This document shows positions 1-12,091 of a stretch of 64,000 nt of DNA, in pieces. The DNA comes from Paramecium tetraurelia (Eukaryota): assembly GCA_000165425.1 (NCBI GenBank), contig CT868031.1, positions 62,001-126,000 on the forward strand, read 5' to 3'. Under the pieces are notes generated by a model. That model worked only from the letters and a program-made list of their open reading frames with translations. It was not told where the DNA came from and did not search any database. The position numbers and the translations under genes are program-made. Each line of letters opens with the position of its first letter. Position 1 is the first letter of the stretch.

Positions 1-742
1 TATCCTCCTCCCTTCAATAAGAATTCTATGATCAGTTAGAGAATTAACAATACAATTAATTAATTGTATATATCATTAATGCATTTAATACTAATTTTAC
101 TTAATATCCTTATATATTTTTTAGCAAAGTATAAAATTAAGCTTAAGGCATAATAGTTTAATAAATCTATAAATCAAGAGATTCAGTTTGTAGACTCTTA
201 CTAATTTTGGCCTTTTTCAAGTTTTCATATGAAAAACTAAATATAAATTAATCTTCTAATTTAAATTATATTAACTTATAAAATTATCATTAATTTTCTT
301 TCCTAAATTTGTAAAACCCTATATTTTTCTCTTATTCAAACTATTACAGATGTTTTTGATGCTCAAGTTCTATTTAAATAAATAATATATAAAATGTATT
401 ATATAATATGACTAGCACAATCTGCCTTTTCAATATCTTTCTTTATTATTCAATATTTTACTACTATTTTCTGCTTCTCATTTTATAGTATTATTATATC
501 AATGAAGATCTCTTATACTAATTCTCTTTTATTCTAATACTATAATTTCTCTTTATGATATAATTAATTTTTGGAGATAATTAAAAATAAAATATTCTTA
601 TAGATAATAATAATGTAATGTAGTAATTCATCATTGTTTAGAATTATTTTTCAAATAAATTTATATTCATAAAAATAGCAAATATAAAATATATTAGCAT
701 TTTAATTACAAATTTTTTTATATAATTAAAAAAAAGAAATCA

Positions 743-2192
743 ATGGCTACAACCAAGGTAAAAAAATCAAAAAAAGTTGAAGAGGTTGAATAGGTTTAAG
801 ATGAGGATGTGATAAAGTCCACTCATTAGGGACCTAAAATTGATTCCTCAAATTGGCCATTGTTATTGAAGAATTATGAAAAGATGAACATATTGACCTC
901 ACATTATACACCAATTCCAAGTGGATCAGTAAGGATAGATTATTAATATAATAGACTCCATTAAAGAGACCATTAATAGAACATTTGAAATACGGTGTGA
1001 TAAATCTTGACAAGCCATCAAATCCATCATCACACGAAGTTGTATCATGGATCAAGAGAATATTAAAAGTTGATAAGACCGGCCATTCAGGGACACTTGA
1101 TCCAAAGGTTACAGGAGCATTGATCGTGTGTCTGAATAGAGCAACAAGACTAGTGAAGGCATAGTAATCAGCTGGTAAGGAGTACGTCGGAATAATAAGG
1201 TAAAGATGATGAATAATATTATAGATTACATGATGCAATATCATCAGCAGCTAAGTTGGAGAAGGCTATTTAGGATTTGACAGGAGCTGTATTTTAGAAG
1301 CCACCTGCGATTTCAGCAGTGAAAAGAGAATTAAGAGTTAGAACAATTTATGAGAGTAAATTGTTTGAGTATGACCCTGAAAAGAGATTGGGAATCTTTT
1401 GGATGAGTTGTGAAGCAGGAACATACGTGAGAACTCTATGTGTTCATTTGGGTTTGTTATTGGGAGTAGGAGGTCACATGGAAGAGTTGAGAAGAGTAAG
1501 ATCAGGAATATTGGATGAGAACAAGTACATGGTCTCAATGCATGACGTATTGGATGCCTAATATCGATATGAAAAATTTAAGGATGAATCCTATTTAAGA
1601 CATGTGATCATCCCATTGGAGGTTCTCTTGACCAATTACAAGAGAAGATAGGTCGTTAAGGATTCCACTGTTAATGCTATTTGTTATGGAGCAAAACTAA
1701 TGGTTCCAGGAGTTCTTAGATTTGATGATAAGATCGATATTGGTGATGAAATTGTGTTGATCACAACCAAAGGAGAAGCCATTGCTGTAGCTATTGCGTA
1801 ATTTATTCAGTTTTATATGTTAGTTAAATGACAACAGGTGAGATTGCATCATGTGATCATGGAGTCGTTTGCAAATCCAAGAGAGTCATTATGGACAGAG
1901 AGACCTATCCAAGAAAGTATATTATTGTCTTATCCTTTTTAGATGGGGTACTGGACCAAGAGCTCTTAGAAAGAAGGCTTTGATTAAAGAGGGGTTACTT
2001 GATCCACATGGAAAACCAAATGCCAATACTCCCTAAGATTGGTAGTAATTCTACGTTACTGAAGAAAACAATAATATTCTTAAGGAGGAATAATAACCAA
2101 AAGTGTAAAAGGAAGAGGAAGTAGAGGTACCTGAGGTTGTGGAAAAGCCCAAGAAAAAGAAAAAGTAGGTTGTTTAAGAGGAGGAAGAATGA
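743..2192 (+). CDS. DKC1: H/ACA snoRNP pseudouridine synthase (dyskerin/Cbf5)
   Basis: Code-6 translation gives [51 protein letters not shown], a PUA domain ([13 protein letters not shown]) and a K/E-rich tail; introns 1200-1224, 1798-1823, 1917-1942; TGA 2190-2192. Confidence 0.97.
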
Positions 2193-2287
2193 TTTAATAT
2201 GTTTAAGATTAACAATATAAAAAGTATAATAAATGATGAAATTAACTATTACTGAATAGAATTTAATCGATTTGTAGACAATTAAGC

Positions 2288-2987
2288 TCATTGTTGTGAA
2301 TGGGATGTCATAAAACTCTGCTAAGCCAGATCTATAATGCTTTCGAACTTTTGAAATTCATCTTCGGGTATGACTCCGATAATCTAATTTTCTAGATGTT
2401 GTTTGGAACTAAATTTGAGATTGGGTTATATTACAATTATTGTAGTTCTTCTAAATATGATTTGTATGGGGGGAGTTCTGTTTTGGCTCTGTTGAGGAAC
2501 ATGATCAACTGGTCGACAATGGGTTTGAAGATTTGTGTTTTTGGGTTGTCCTTGTTTTCGAGGATGATGTCTTGCATCAAATAGAATCTTTGCATGATAT
2601 CGACGACTAATTGAATTCTGTTGCCTTGTTTGATTTGGGGAGGGCCTTTGTTTATTCTGTCGATTCCGAATTTGCAATCTTCCAGTCCATATTCCTGATG
2701 AGTAGAATGAAGATATAAACCTTGATGAATGAGTTGAGATCGTATTTGTCGATTTTGGAGGTGAAGTTTTTGTACCTTTCGATCAACTTTGTGATTTCCT
2801 GGGAGTGTTTTTCTGGGGTTATTTTGTCATCAGCCAATTATGCACACTTTTCTACCATATCGATTAATCTGATGGTGATGAATATTTCCTTTTATAATTC
2901 AAATTTTTACTAAGGATATAAGGTAGATCTACTTACTTTATCGTCGATTGTTAACTTCTACACTTGTCGAGTCTGTGGTTAATTCAT
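2288..2987 (-). CDS. VPS28: ESCRT-I subunit Vps28-like protein
   Basis: About 200 aa after three tiny introns; EIFITIRLIDMVEK...ITKLIERYK...FIKEYGLEDCKFGIDRINKGPP and a C-terminal helical bundle resemble Vps28. Confidence 0.7.
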
Positions 2988-3044
2988 TTTAAAAAATTAT
3001 TAATATATAAAATACAAAATATATATTAACTTAACTTTAACAAA

Positions 3045-5516
3045 ATGCAGTATCTAATCTCCTTATAAAAAAACCTACAAACTGAGAATGTTTTTTTAAG
3101 TGCAACTTTGAATTTTCGAGATCAGAATGTTGAGATGAGCTACAAGAACTTTTAAAAGAAGTTTAATGAAGGGACATTGATCTTAATGGAATCCTTCAAA
3201 TTGTTTTTGGAATTCGCCATCACAATTTCAGCCCTCATTTCGGATGACCAATCGATTTACTCGTCAATTCTGTTCTTATTTCCCATTTCAAGTCTATTAT
3301 AAATTTGGATAATTCGTAAGAACTAAAAGTGCAATGATTACTGGAAAATTGGACACATACTAGCGCTGTTCCTGTTTTTAGCAGCCAACAAACAACCCTA
3401 TTTGATGCGAGGATCGGTGTCCTTGTATTGCATCTACATGACTTAGAGTTTAAATGACAAGAAATATGTCATATTTTACTTTTCAATAATGTAAGTTACA
3501 TTCTAATATTTTGACTAATTTTTTGACTGGGTTGTTTTGCCCTTCCAATGGGCATTCACTCTGATCATCACTCTCAGCATTTATGCTAGGCAAAGAAGAG
3601 AACTAGTGCATTACTACCACAAATTCAAATCCAACACTGATTTATCCTATCAGGAGGTCGTGTTGAATCATAGTCTGCAGTAGAATCTCTTTATAGTTAG
3701 ATTGTCTCAAGATTAATCAAAAGTACTTCTTAATTTTAATATTCATTTAGCGATTAGTAGATTATTTCGAAGTGCTTTTTGCTAATCAAGCATGCAAAAA
3801 GGAGTTCGCATAAATAGATAATATCTTCCATCGAACCACACTCATTAACATCATCAATTGTAACGAATCGAACCTCTCCTATTACAATTTGAAGGTCAAT
3901 TTCAGCTACGAACAAATTTGCAATAACTACAAGGGATCTACTGGTGAATAGATCAACATGGTAGACAAACCCATATACTTGAATCAAATTCTCTATTAAT
4001 ATATAGTAAATTATCAGAACAAGGAGTTGTAAGAGAGTCTCCCTTTGAAATTGACTGGATTGCAGAATAACCAAACCTTCGACATCCTAGTCTCCCCGTG
4101 CATTTGGAAACATGAGAGATGCTTTATCATTTCCTTGATTGATTTGACTGACCGTATGAAGATTTCCCAATTGGAGAAGTTGGATCAATACAAAGACAGT
4201 GTTCTGGCCACAGTGAGTCATGATCTGAAGAATCCAATATGCGTAATTCAATAGATGATCACTCTCGTTTAGGAAGGCTTGTATGATTTGTAAGACTGTG
4301 AGAATGTGGCCATTTAACAGAAGGTCTAATCTTGTTGCAATTATTTGTAAATGTGTTAGACCAATGTGCAAACTCTTCAATCATTTGTCAATGATCTATA
4401 AGACTTTGCCTAAATTAAATAGCAAAAGTTGAAATTGGTGGTCAGCTAATTTGAAATTTCTAATCTTGTTTAGGAGATCAAGAATGTTTTTTAAATTTAA
4501 ATTTAAAAGAAAAATCTTGAATTGGAAATCCAAGTCAATTTGAAACCAAATCAAACTTATTACAATGATCCATTGAGAATCAAATAAGTGTTGTTCAATC
4601 TGATTTCCAATGCAATCAAGTTCACTTCCAAGGGAAAGATTATGGTTAAGTTCTCGGATGACATCAAAGAAATCTTGAAATTTTGCAAAGCCATCAAAGA
4701 ACAAATAGATTCTAACAAAAGTATTGTAGATGTGGGGATACTGTTCAAAAACAAATCAAGCATCTTCATTTGCACAGTTACTGATAATGGAAGTGGAATG
4801 AGTTTGGAAATCCAACGAGGCCTCTTCAGAAATTTTGCTACCTATGACAATGATAGTAACATAAACAAGTAGAGTATTGAGTGTAATTAAATAGAAATGG
4901 TGTTGGACTCGGTCTTATCATTTGCAAGCAACTTTGCGGCTATATTGGTCCATTACAGTACATGTATTTAAGATCCCAATCAGGAGTTGGTTCAACTTTT
5001 TAATTTGCCATTTATAAAAATTATGATAAACAACATCGCTATGATTATTCAGGTGATTAATCTAGCATCGATTCTATCGATTATGATATTTCAGTACAAT
5101 CCCCCTATAAAAATATATTCAGTACTCGTCACATAACTCCTCTATGCAAATAGCAACGAATCAAAGAATTGCTGCAAGTGTTGATTGTTGACGATGAAAC
5201 ATTCAATTGCATATTGCTGAAACTACAATTAACTAAATTAGGCATTCATAATTTGGATGTGGCCTATAATGGACGAGAAGCCATAGAAATGTCATAGAGA
5301 AAAATATACGACATTGTATTTTTAGATGTCAACATGCCTGGCTTGAATGGATTCCAGTGCATCCAGGATATTAAAAATACCAATAGCGAAATTAAGATTT
5401 ACATGCTCACAGCATTCAATGATCTCTAAACTCACTAGATGTGTTTAGCTGCAGGAGCCGATAAACTTTTATCCAAACCACTTTCTTAAAAATAGCTTGA
5501 ACTATTGTTGAATTGA
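3045..5516 (+). CDS. Membrane-bound hybrid sensor histidine kinase with C-terminal receiver domain
   Basis: N-terminal TM helices; H-box LATVSHDLKNPI; N-box QVLFNLISNAIKFT; G1 VTDNGSGM; G2 GVGLGLIICKQL; receiver VLIVDDETFN...YDIVFLDVNMPGLNG. Confidence 0.95.
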
Positions 5517-6105
5517 TTACATCATTTGTTATGTATTTAAATTATGATACATGCTTCTTACATCTGAGACTAAGATTCATTGTTTTCCATCAATAAATTG
5601 TTTTTGGAATTATTCATAAATATTATATTTTCAAAACATTTCTGTATATCTTTATACATTATACAGATGATTCATATTATAGTTACAACACTATATCTCA
5701 CAGACAATTTCATATATTTAAATCAGTATTCTTTTTATATATTAAATTGATAAAAACAATTAAGTTTTATATTTGCTATTAATAAATTTTAGTGCGTGGA
5801 GGAGTATTAACATGGTATAAGGCTTAGGCTCAAATTTACTAATAAATTATTCAGTTAAACAAGAATTAATATTTAAACAAAAAAAGTTGTCGGATTTATT
5901 AATTTATGCATAATTTTCTATGGTTGGATGGTGATATAGATGCGATTTCATAACAAAAAATACTTAAAAATAAACAAATTGATAGTTAATTTTATATTGT
6001 CTTATATATATATTATGTAAATTTCGAGAATTGAATTAGGAGTTAATTAATTAAATACGTGTAGGGCAATTAAAAAAAATATCAATATTTTTAAAAAAAA
6101 TTTGC

Positions 6106-7986
6106 ATGGACCCAACACCATAGCCAGAAGTCTAAAAGGAGGAGAAAAAACCAAACTAACCCAGAGGAGAGAACAGAAAGAGAGGAGAGCCCAAACAAAA
6201 GTAACAACAACAAGTTCAATATGTCGTCAAGGGTGAGGAAGGTATGGAATTTAGTTTGATGCATTTTAGGTGCTGCAACTGAACCAAAGAATGAGACCCA
6301 AGAAAAGTAGGGAGACTAGGGAGAGAAACAAGAAAAGAAGAAGAAACAAAGAGAAGAGAGAAAACGTCCTGAATTCGACTGGGACAAGACCAAGATCACT
6401 CTTGAAAGTAAAGTACCAGAATTGGCTGCTCATCCTCCCCAAAAGCCAAACAAAGAAGATCATTACAAATAATTGGATAAGATCGACGAAGACATCAGAA
6501 AACAATGGAATCATTTCGTAAGAGTTTATTGTTAACATCCTAGAATGATTTTGTTAAAAACGTTAAGGAATAACAAACTTTGGCTAGACAAGGCAATCAA
6601 GAGAAGTACCAAAACGAAGTGAAACCATTAGGATAAGTGATTAAAGAAAAGATTAAATTAGTCAATGAGAAATCATCAGAATTGAAGAAAATGAAGGGTG
6701 AGAATGATGAAATCAAAGATCAAATCAACAAACTCTTTAATCAATCCTAAGAATACAGACAAAAGATGAAGAGTTTAGATGATCCAGACAGAATTATTGA
6801 GGAATTGGCTAGATTGAAGGAATCACTCTAATAAGATAAGTTGAGTGCCAATGAAGAAAAGAGAATTGTACAATAAATAGGTGCCTTGGAAAGATCACTT
6901 CCATACATTGAACCATTGTAAAAGTTGGAGAAGGAATAGAAAGTTCTTAGAACTAAATCAGCAGCTATTGTAAAGGCTATGAATGCTCTTTATTAAAGCA
7001 TTCAAGAGTTGAATGGAGAAATCAACCAATACAAGGCTGATTATGATGAGTTGAAAGACAGTACAAAGGGCTCAGTTGTTACCAAAGAAAATCCTCTTAT
7101 TGACAAGGAAAAACAAATCATTGAAACCAAAGTTTAGGAATTGAAAGACAGAAAGGAAAAATTAAAGAAGGACTACAACAATGCTTGGGATAAATATGAA
7201 GATTATGAAGATTTGTAAAGGTACAGAGAGTGGTTCTTAAAACAAATCAACAGAATCAAGAAAGATTCTGAGAGAAAGAAGAGGGAAGAAGAAAAAAAGA
7301 AAAGAGAAGAAGCCAGAGCAAAAAGAGAAGCTGATAGAGAAGCTGAAGAGTAAGCAGAAGCTGAAGCCAAGGCTAAAGAATTAGAAAACGTCAATCCATT
7401 CTAATATTAAGTTGGTATGTATATATTCTAAACATTTTAATAGATCTTTGTGATACATTGATCACCTATTTGAATAAACTTAAACCCTCTGCTGCCTAAT
7501 AACAAGCCCAATAATAAAAATAAATAGATGTTGAATAAGTTTTAAAGAGTGATGATTGGAAGAAAGAGAAATGCACTGTCATTAAAAAGGAAGCTGAAGA
7601 CAATCTCTATAACTTTAGTCAATTGAAATCCAAAAAGAAGAACAAGGTATATATTCTATATTAAATTTTAGCAACCACAATAATAAAAAGAGGCTAAAGA
7701 TGAGAAAAAAGATGACAAACCAAGCATCTTGTAACATGATTTGTAAACTCTCTAATTCTTCGATACAGTTAAAGTGGCAACTCCATTCTACATCACTGAG
7801 CTTGACAATGTTGTCAAGAGCATCTAAGAGCGTAAGGAGTATTATTTGAACCGGGAAAACTGGGGCAAAAAAGAAGAATAAGAGACACATACAGAAGTAT
7901 TCAATCATTTAAATATGTTTTAGCAATCAAAAGCCAAGAAATAATAGAAGGCCTAGAACTAAGATGAGTTCCCAGCCTTATAATGA
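6106..7986 (+). CDS. Coiled-coil K/E-rich protein, Bfr1/proton-pump-interactor-like (putative ribosome/mRNP-associated)
   Basis: Long coiled coil; NPFQYQV-DLCDTLITYLNKL and LQFFDTVKVATP segments recall Bfr1-type proteins; ends DEFPALQ*; several tiny introns. Confidence 0.55.
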
Positions 7987-8015
7987 AGTGCGTATATATA
8001 TATTACATAAATGGT

Positions 8016-9970
8016 ACATATCTAAATTGAATCTCTTTTTCTAAGCCAATATAACTGAAGTAAATTCATAGTTCATTCTTTGTCGAGTATCAATCTTACT
8101 TCTGAGAAGTAATTATTTGCTTTGATCTAATGGCTTTATTTCCTCCTTTCTAAATATTTTTTGAAAATCTTTATTAACTCAAGAACCGGAAATTTAATAT
8201 TTAATTTTCTATTACTTAGACATTTAACCTTAGAGAAATATGTAAGTATTATATACTTATTCTAAATTTAATAGATAATTTTTATCTTTCTTTAAAAAGA
8301 TAATATTTTATTTTTGAATTCTTAGCATCATTATTCTATTTCACCTCTCAAATAAACATCTCAAATCTTCCTTATTTAATAATGAGATCAGATTTCTTAT
8401 CTGAATTTCCAGCTGTTATTTTAATTCTAAGTTTATTTTTATTTAACAAAATATCTACTATGTTCTATTTATGTTTAAGACTTCACAAATTAATAGTAGT
8501 TCATTTAATTATTATTTATACTTCCTAAAACGGTCTTATTGAAATGATAAGGTATCTAGAACTTTCAAATTATTTGCAATGAATAATATCTGAAGCTTAA
8601 GATCAAATTTTTCCGCATTTGGCAGCTTAAAAATATTTCTATTACATTAAACATTCCAGTAATTGCTATTAAGAGTATTATTTGAGTCTAGCAAGCTGTT
8701 AATAATTTATATTTATATATTATAAAATATCTAGATCTTATAAATAATATAAATATTGACAATATAAACAATTCCAAAATCATTTTTTTCTTCATTATTA
8801 ATAATAAAATGTCTAATCAAAAGTAAACAAAATCAAAATAAAGCATAATAATTAGTAAAAAGGAAAAGTAGTTTATCGCAGGATCTGATGTTGTTTATAA
8901 TTCTCTCAAAAAATTAGTTGAATAACAGAAAGAATATGGAAATAAGCATAGTAATTATGTTTTGGGCATTTAATCAATTATTGAAGACTTGAGTACTAAA
9001 ACTTTTACAGTTACTTATAATTGTGACGAATCTGCTATCCCTTTATCAAAAATTTAATACTCTTCGCCAAAACATAAAATCTAGATATTCAAATATTTGT
9101 ACTTAATTTATGGGTTTTTAAACAAAGAAAAAATTTTGCATAGAAACCTTAAACCAAATAATATAATTTTCTATAATCAATAATTATTACTTACTGATTT
9201 TGGGTTTAAAATAGGTGATTGGTAGATTGATAAAATCAATTTTTTAGATGAAAATGATGGTACTCGAAAAGATAATATGTAGCCATATCTATCTCCAGAA
9301 CTTGCAAATATCATTGTCAGCACAAAAAGTTTTGGTCATAAAAGAGATGAGCTTCTAGCCAGGAGTAAATTATCTGTGTAACAACAGGATTAATTTGCAA
9401 TCGCAATTATGATGTTAGAGGTCTTTATTCCTTTAAAGAACAGAAACTCAGCTACTCCTAACGAAAGAAAATAGCAGATTAATGATATGAATTTATCAGA
9501 TGAGTTTTCAAATGATGTTGAAAAATTCATAAAAGAAACTATTTCCAATTTATTATATTCTAAAGATTTCAATGAATAAGAATTCGAAAAGCGATTAAAA
9601 ATGTTTATTGAAATTGAATAATAGGCTGAAAACTACAAAATCAATAAATAGGAATTAATGACATAAGAATATGACGAATAAGTCAAAAATGTCTTAGAAA
9701 ATAAAGATACTTAATTTAATTTAAAACTTCTATATCACTTTGGTAAAACAAACCTAAACTGGCTGTTAAGTAATATTGCACACAATTAACAAAATTAAGA
9801 ACTAATAACAGAGATGAGAAGATTTTTACGTCTTTATTCACAAATTGATAATTTTAGTCTAGATTAAAAAGATGAAAAATTTACAGATGAAGATTTATTC
9901 GTTTCTTTAGTTTATTTGGATGAAAAAATAGAAAATTTATAAAATTCATAAAATCAAAAACCTCATCTGA
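8016..9970 (+). repeat. Segmental duplication, copy A (partner 61972-64000, same orientation)
   Basis: Shared strings in the same order, e.g. acatatctaaattgaat, tgagatcagatttcttatctgaattt, aacattccagtaattg, tgttttgggcatttaa, caggattaatttgcaatcgcaattatgatgttagaggtctttattcctttaaag. Confidence 0.93.
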
Positions 9971-11118
9971 TTATGTCTGAAGAAGAATAGGTATGTCGTA
10001 ATTTAAAACAATTTCTAAAGAACGAATATAAAAGATTGAATAATTTAAACAAGAATTAATTTAAATTTAATAAAATATAGGACAATGATGTTTAAATTCT
10101 CAAATTTGATGAAGGTGATTTTTAAAAAAACAGTGAAGTAATAAAAACAGAAACTGATGAAAGATAAAATGATAATGTACAAAATGATTAGTAACCTAAT
10201 GAAATTGAATAACAGAATGATTAACAACATAATTAATTTGAATAACAAAATGAGTAATAACCTAGTATACAGAATAGGTAATAAGATAATTAAAATGTTT
10301 TACCGAATATGTGGTAACAATCTTATATACTTATACCTATTTACTCAATAAATGAATAAACTAATCAATAAATACTTTTGGAAACAGTTAAAAGCAATTT
10401 CAATAGTTCTAGTCTGCAAAATTATTTCGAAATTAACAAATGCATATGCTCAAAGTAAATAGTATGCCGTCTTTTTAAATATAAAGATGATCTTAATGTC
10501 ATTTGTCTTGGTGAGATAAAAGGTAATGATTTTGAAGGAGAAGTAATGTAATTGGAAGTAAAGTAAATTAACCAGAATAATTCAATCAAAACGATATTCC
10601 ACTACGTTAATGTTAAAACAACATTAGAATATTGGAATATTTAAAATATAGAATAAAAGTCATCGATTTTTTAGTACTTAGAAATTAATTCTCAATTAAA
10701 GTTCAAAAAATGTAAAGATTATTAAGGTCAAATTCTAAATGGGAAGAAAAATGGAAAAGGCATAGAAAAAAATTTTATTGAAAATATGATCTATGATGGA
10801 AGCTGGAAAGACGGGTATATTACAGATGGAACTAAGAAATTAATAAATACTGATTAAATACTATAGAATGCTCCCTATAAATGGATAGGAAATTTCGAAA
10901 AAAATGAATTACATGGGGATAACATAAAGACATATTTATTAAACTATAATAAAGTAGTTTGGTTAGAAGGAAGATATCAAGGTGGTTTAAAAAAAGGGGT
11001 TCATACCTGTTACATGAAAAGGAAAAATAGATAGAACGATGAAATTGTTAAAATTTACAGCGCAATGTTCTTAATAATTTCAAACCAAGAACACGAATTT
11101 AAGTTGACTTGCAATTGA
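8809..11118 (+). CDS. Pseudokinase-MORN repeat protein (769 aa, intronless)
   Basis: Uninterrupted code-6 ORF checked codon by codon; HRNLKPNN (9139), TDFG (9193), PYLSPE; Q/N-rich linker; C-terminal MORN-like repeats YQGQILNGKKNGKG, YDGSWKDG, WIGNFEKNELHG. Confidence 0.88.
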
Positions 11119-11890
11119 TTCTTAATTATTATCATTTTAATCAAATAATTATTCATTTATATATAAAATACATATTAATCAAAAATTGATATCGAGATTT
11201 AGGATTGATATTTTTATATATCTAAGAGATAGAGAAAGAGTTATCTCATAAGTTAAAATATCATATGTAATTGTTTAGAGAAACAGAGCAATTAAGCAAC
11301 CATACAGAAAAAATAGTATAAATTTGAATTTGATAATCATCTAAGAGAAAATATTGTAATCTACTAATTTCATAAAAATTTTGAGAGACTTTTTATATTC
11401 TCAAAGTATTCATTAGTTCATCTTGTAATTTTAATCATATAATATAAATTTTAATCATCTATGCTAAACTAATAGTGTAAAAAGGCCATTATTCTTTAGA
11501 AATCATAAAATATTATTGTACCATTTAACCTAACAAAAACTTCTATAGTCTCACATGCATTTATTAATTTCTAATCAAAGTTGAAATAATAAAAGAAATA
11601 TTGCTTTCAAACAACCTTTGCCATAAGTTAGATCCTTTAAAAGAGATAAACTTATAAACCATAAACTTTATGAGAATTTAATAATGCTAAGTTACTTTTC
11701 ATAGCCATTGTCTATACCTAAAGATGAATTTTAAGTAAATATTGTTTCTATTATACTTAAAATAATTGAAATAAAAGAAAGTAGCACTGAAGCATAAAAA
11801 TAATTTGAATAAGCAAACGATAGATGGAGAATATTAATTTTAAGAATTATTACAATAGTTTAATAAGGAAAAGGTTATGAAATTAGTCAT

Positions 11891-12037
11891 TCAGGAATGC
11901 TTTTTGATCTTTACAATTCTTTTGGCCAACAGAATTTTGAATTTGACTAGAGTTGCGATTTATTGATTTTTCATCTCCAAGAACTTGAATTAATTTGGGC
12001 ATTGTTTTGTTCTGATAGTTTCCTCGGGTTAATTCAT
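11891..12037 (-). CDS. Small basic hypothetical protein (48 aa)
   Basis: ATG after an AT-rich leader, code-6 ORF MNQPEETIRTKQ...KRIVKIKKHS*; no homology recognised. Confidence 0.4.
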
Positions 12038-12091
12038 TTTTAAATAAAATAAATTAAATAAACAATCAAAAAATTACTGATGTTACTCTTG

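Noticed and set aside
834..1244. Supplied 136-aa minus-strand ORF and similar antisense ORFs (e.g. 3754-4074, 4396-4704, 40026-40433, 40871-41364, 50631-50975, 56324-56584)
   Set aside because: They are shadows of real genes on the opposite strand, produced by using the standard genetic code
1640..1660. KRRQVVK versus the usual KRIVVK in dyskerin
   Set aside because: Frame is preserved; a one-residue difference with no evident consequence
3045..5516. Histidine kinase as bacterial contamination or recent horizontal transfer
   Set aside because: It uses TAA/TAG as Gln and has tiny introns; hybrid histidine kinases are known in ciliates
10185..10300. Short imperfect repeats (gaataacagaatgattaacaa / gaataacaaaatgagtaataa) as a possible array
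   Set aside because: They encode the Q/N/E-rich linker of the pseudokinase; no regular repeat-spacer structure
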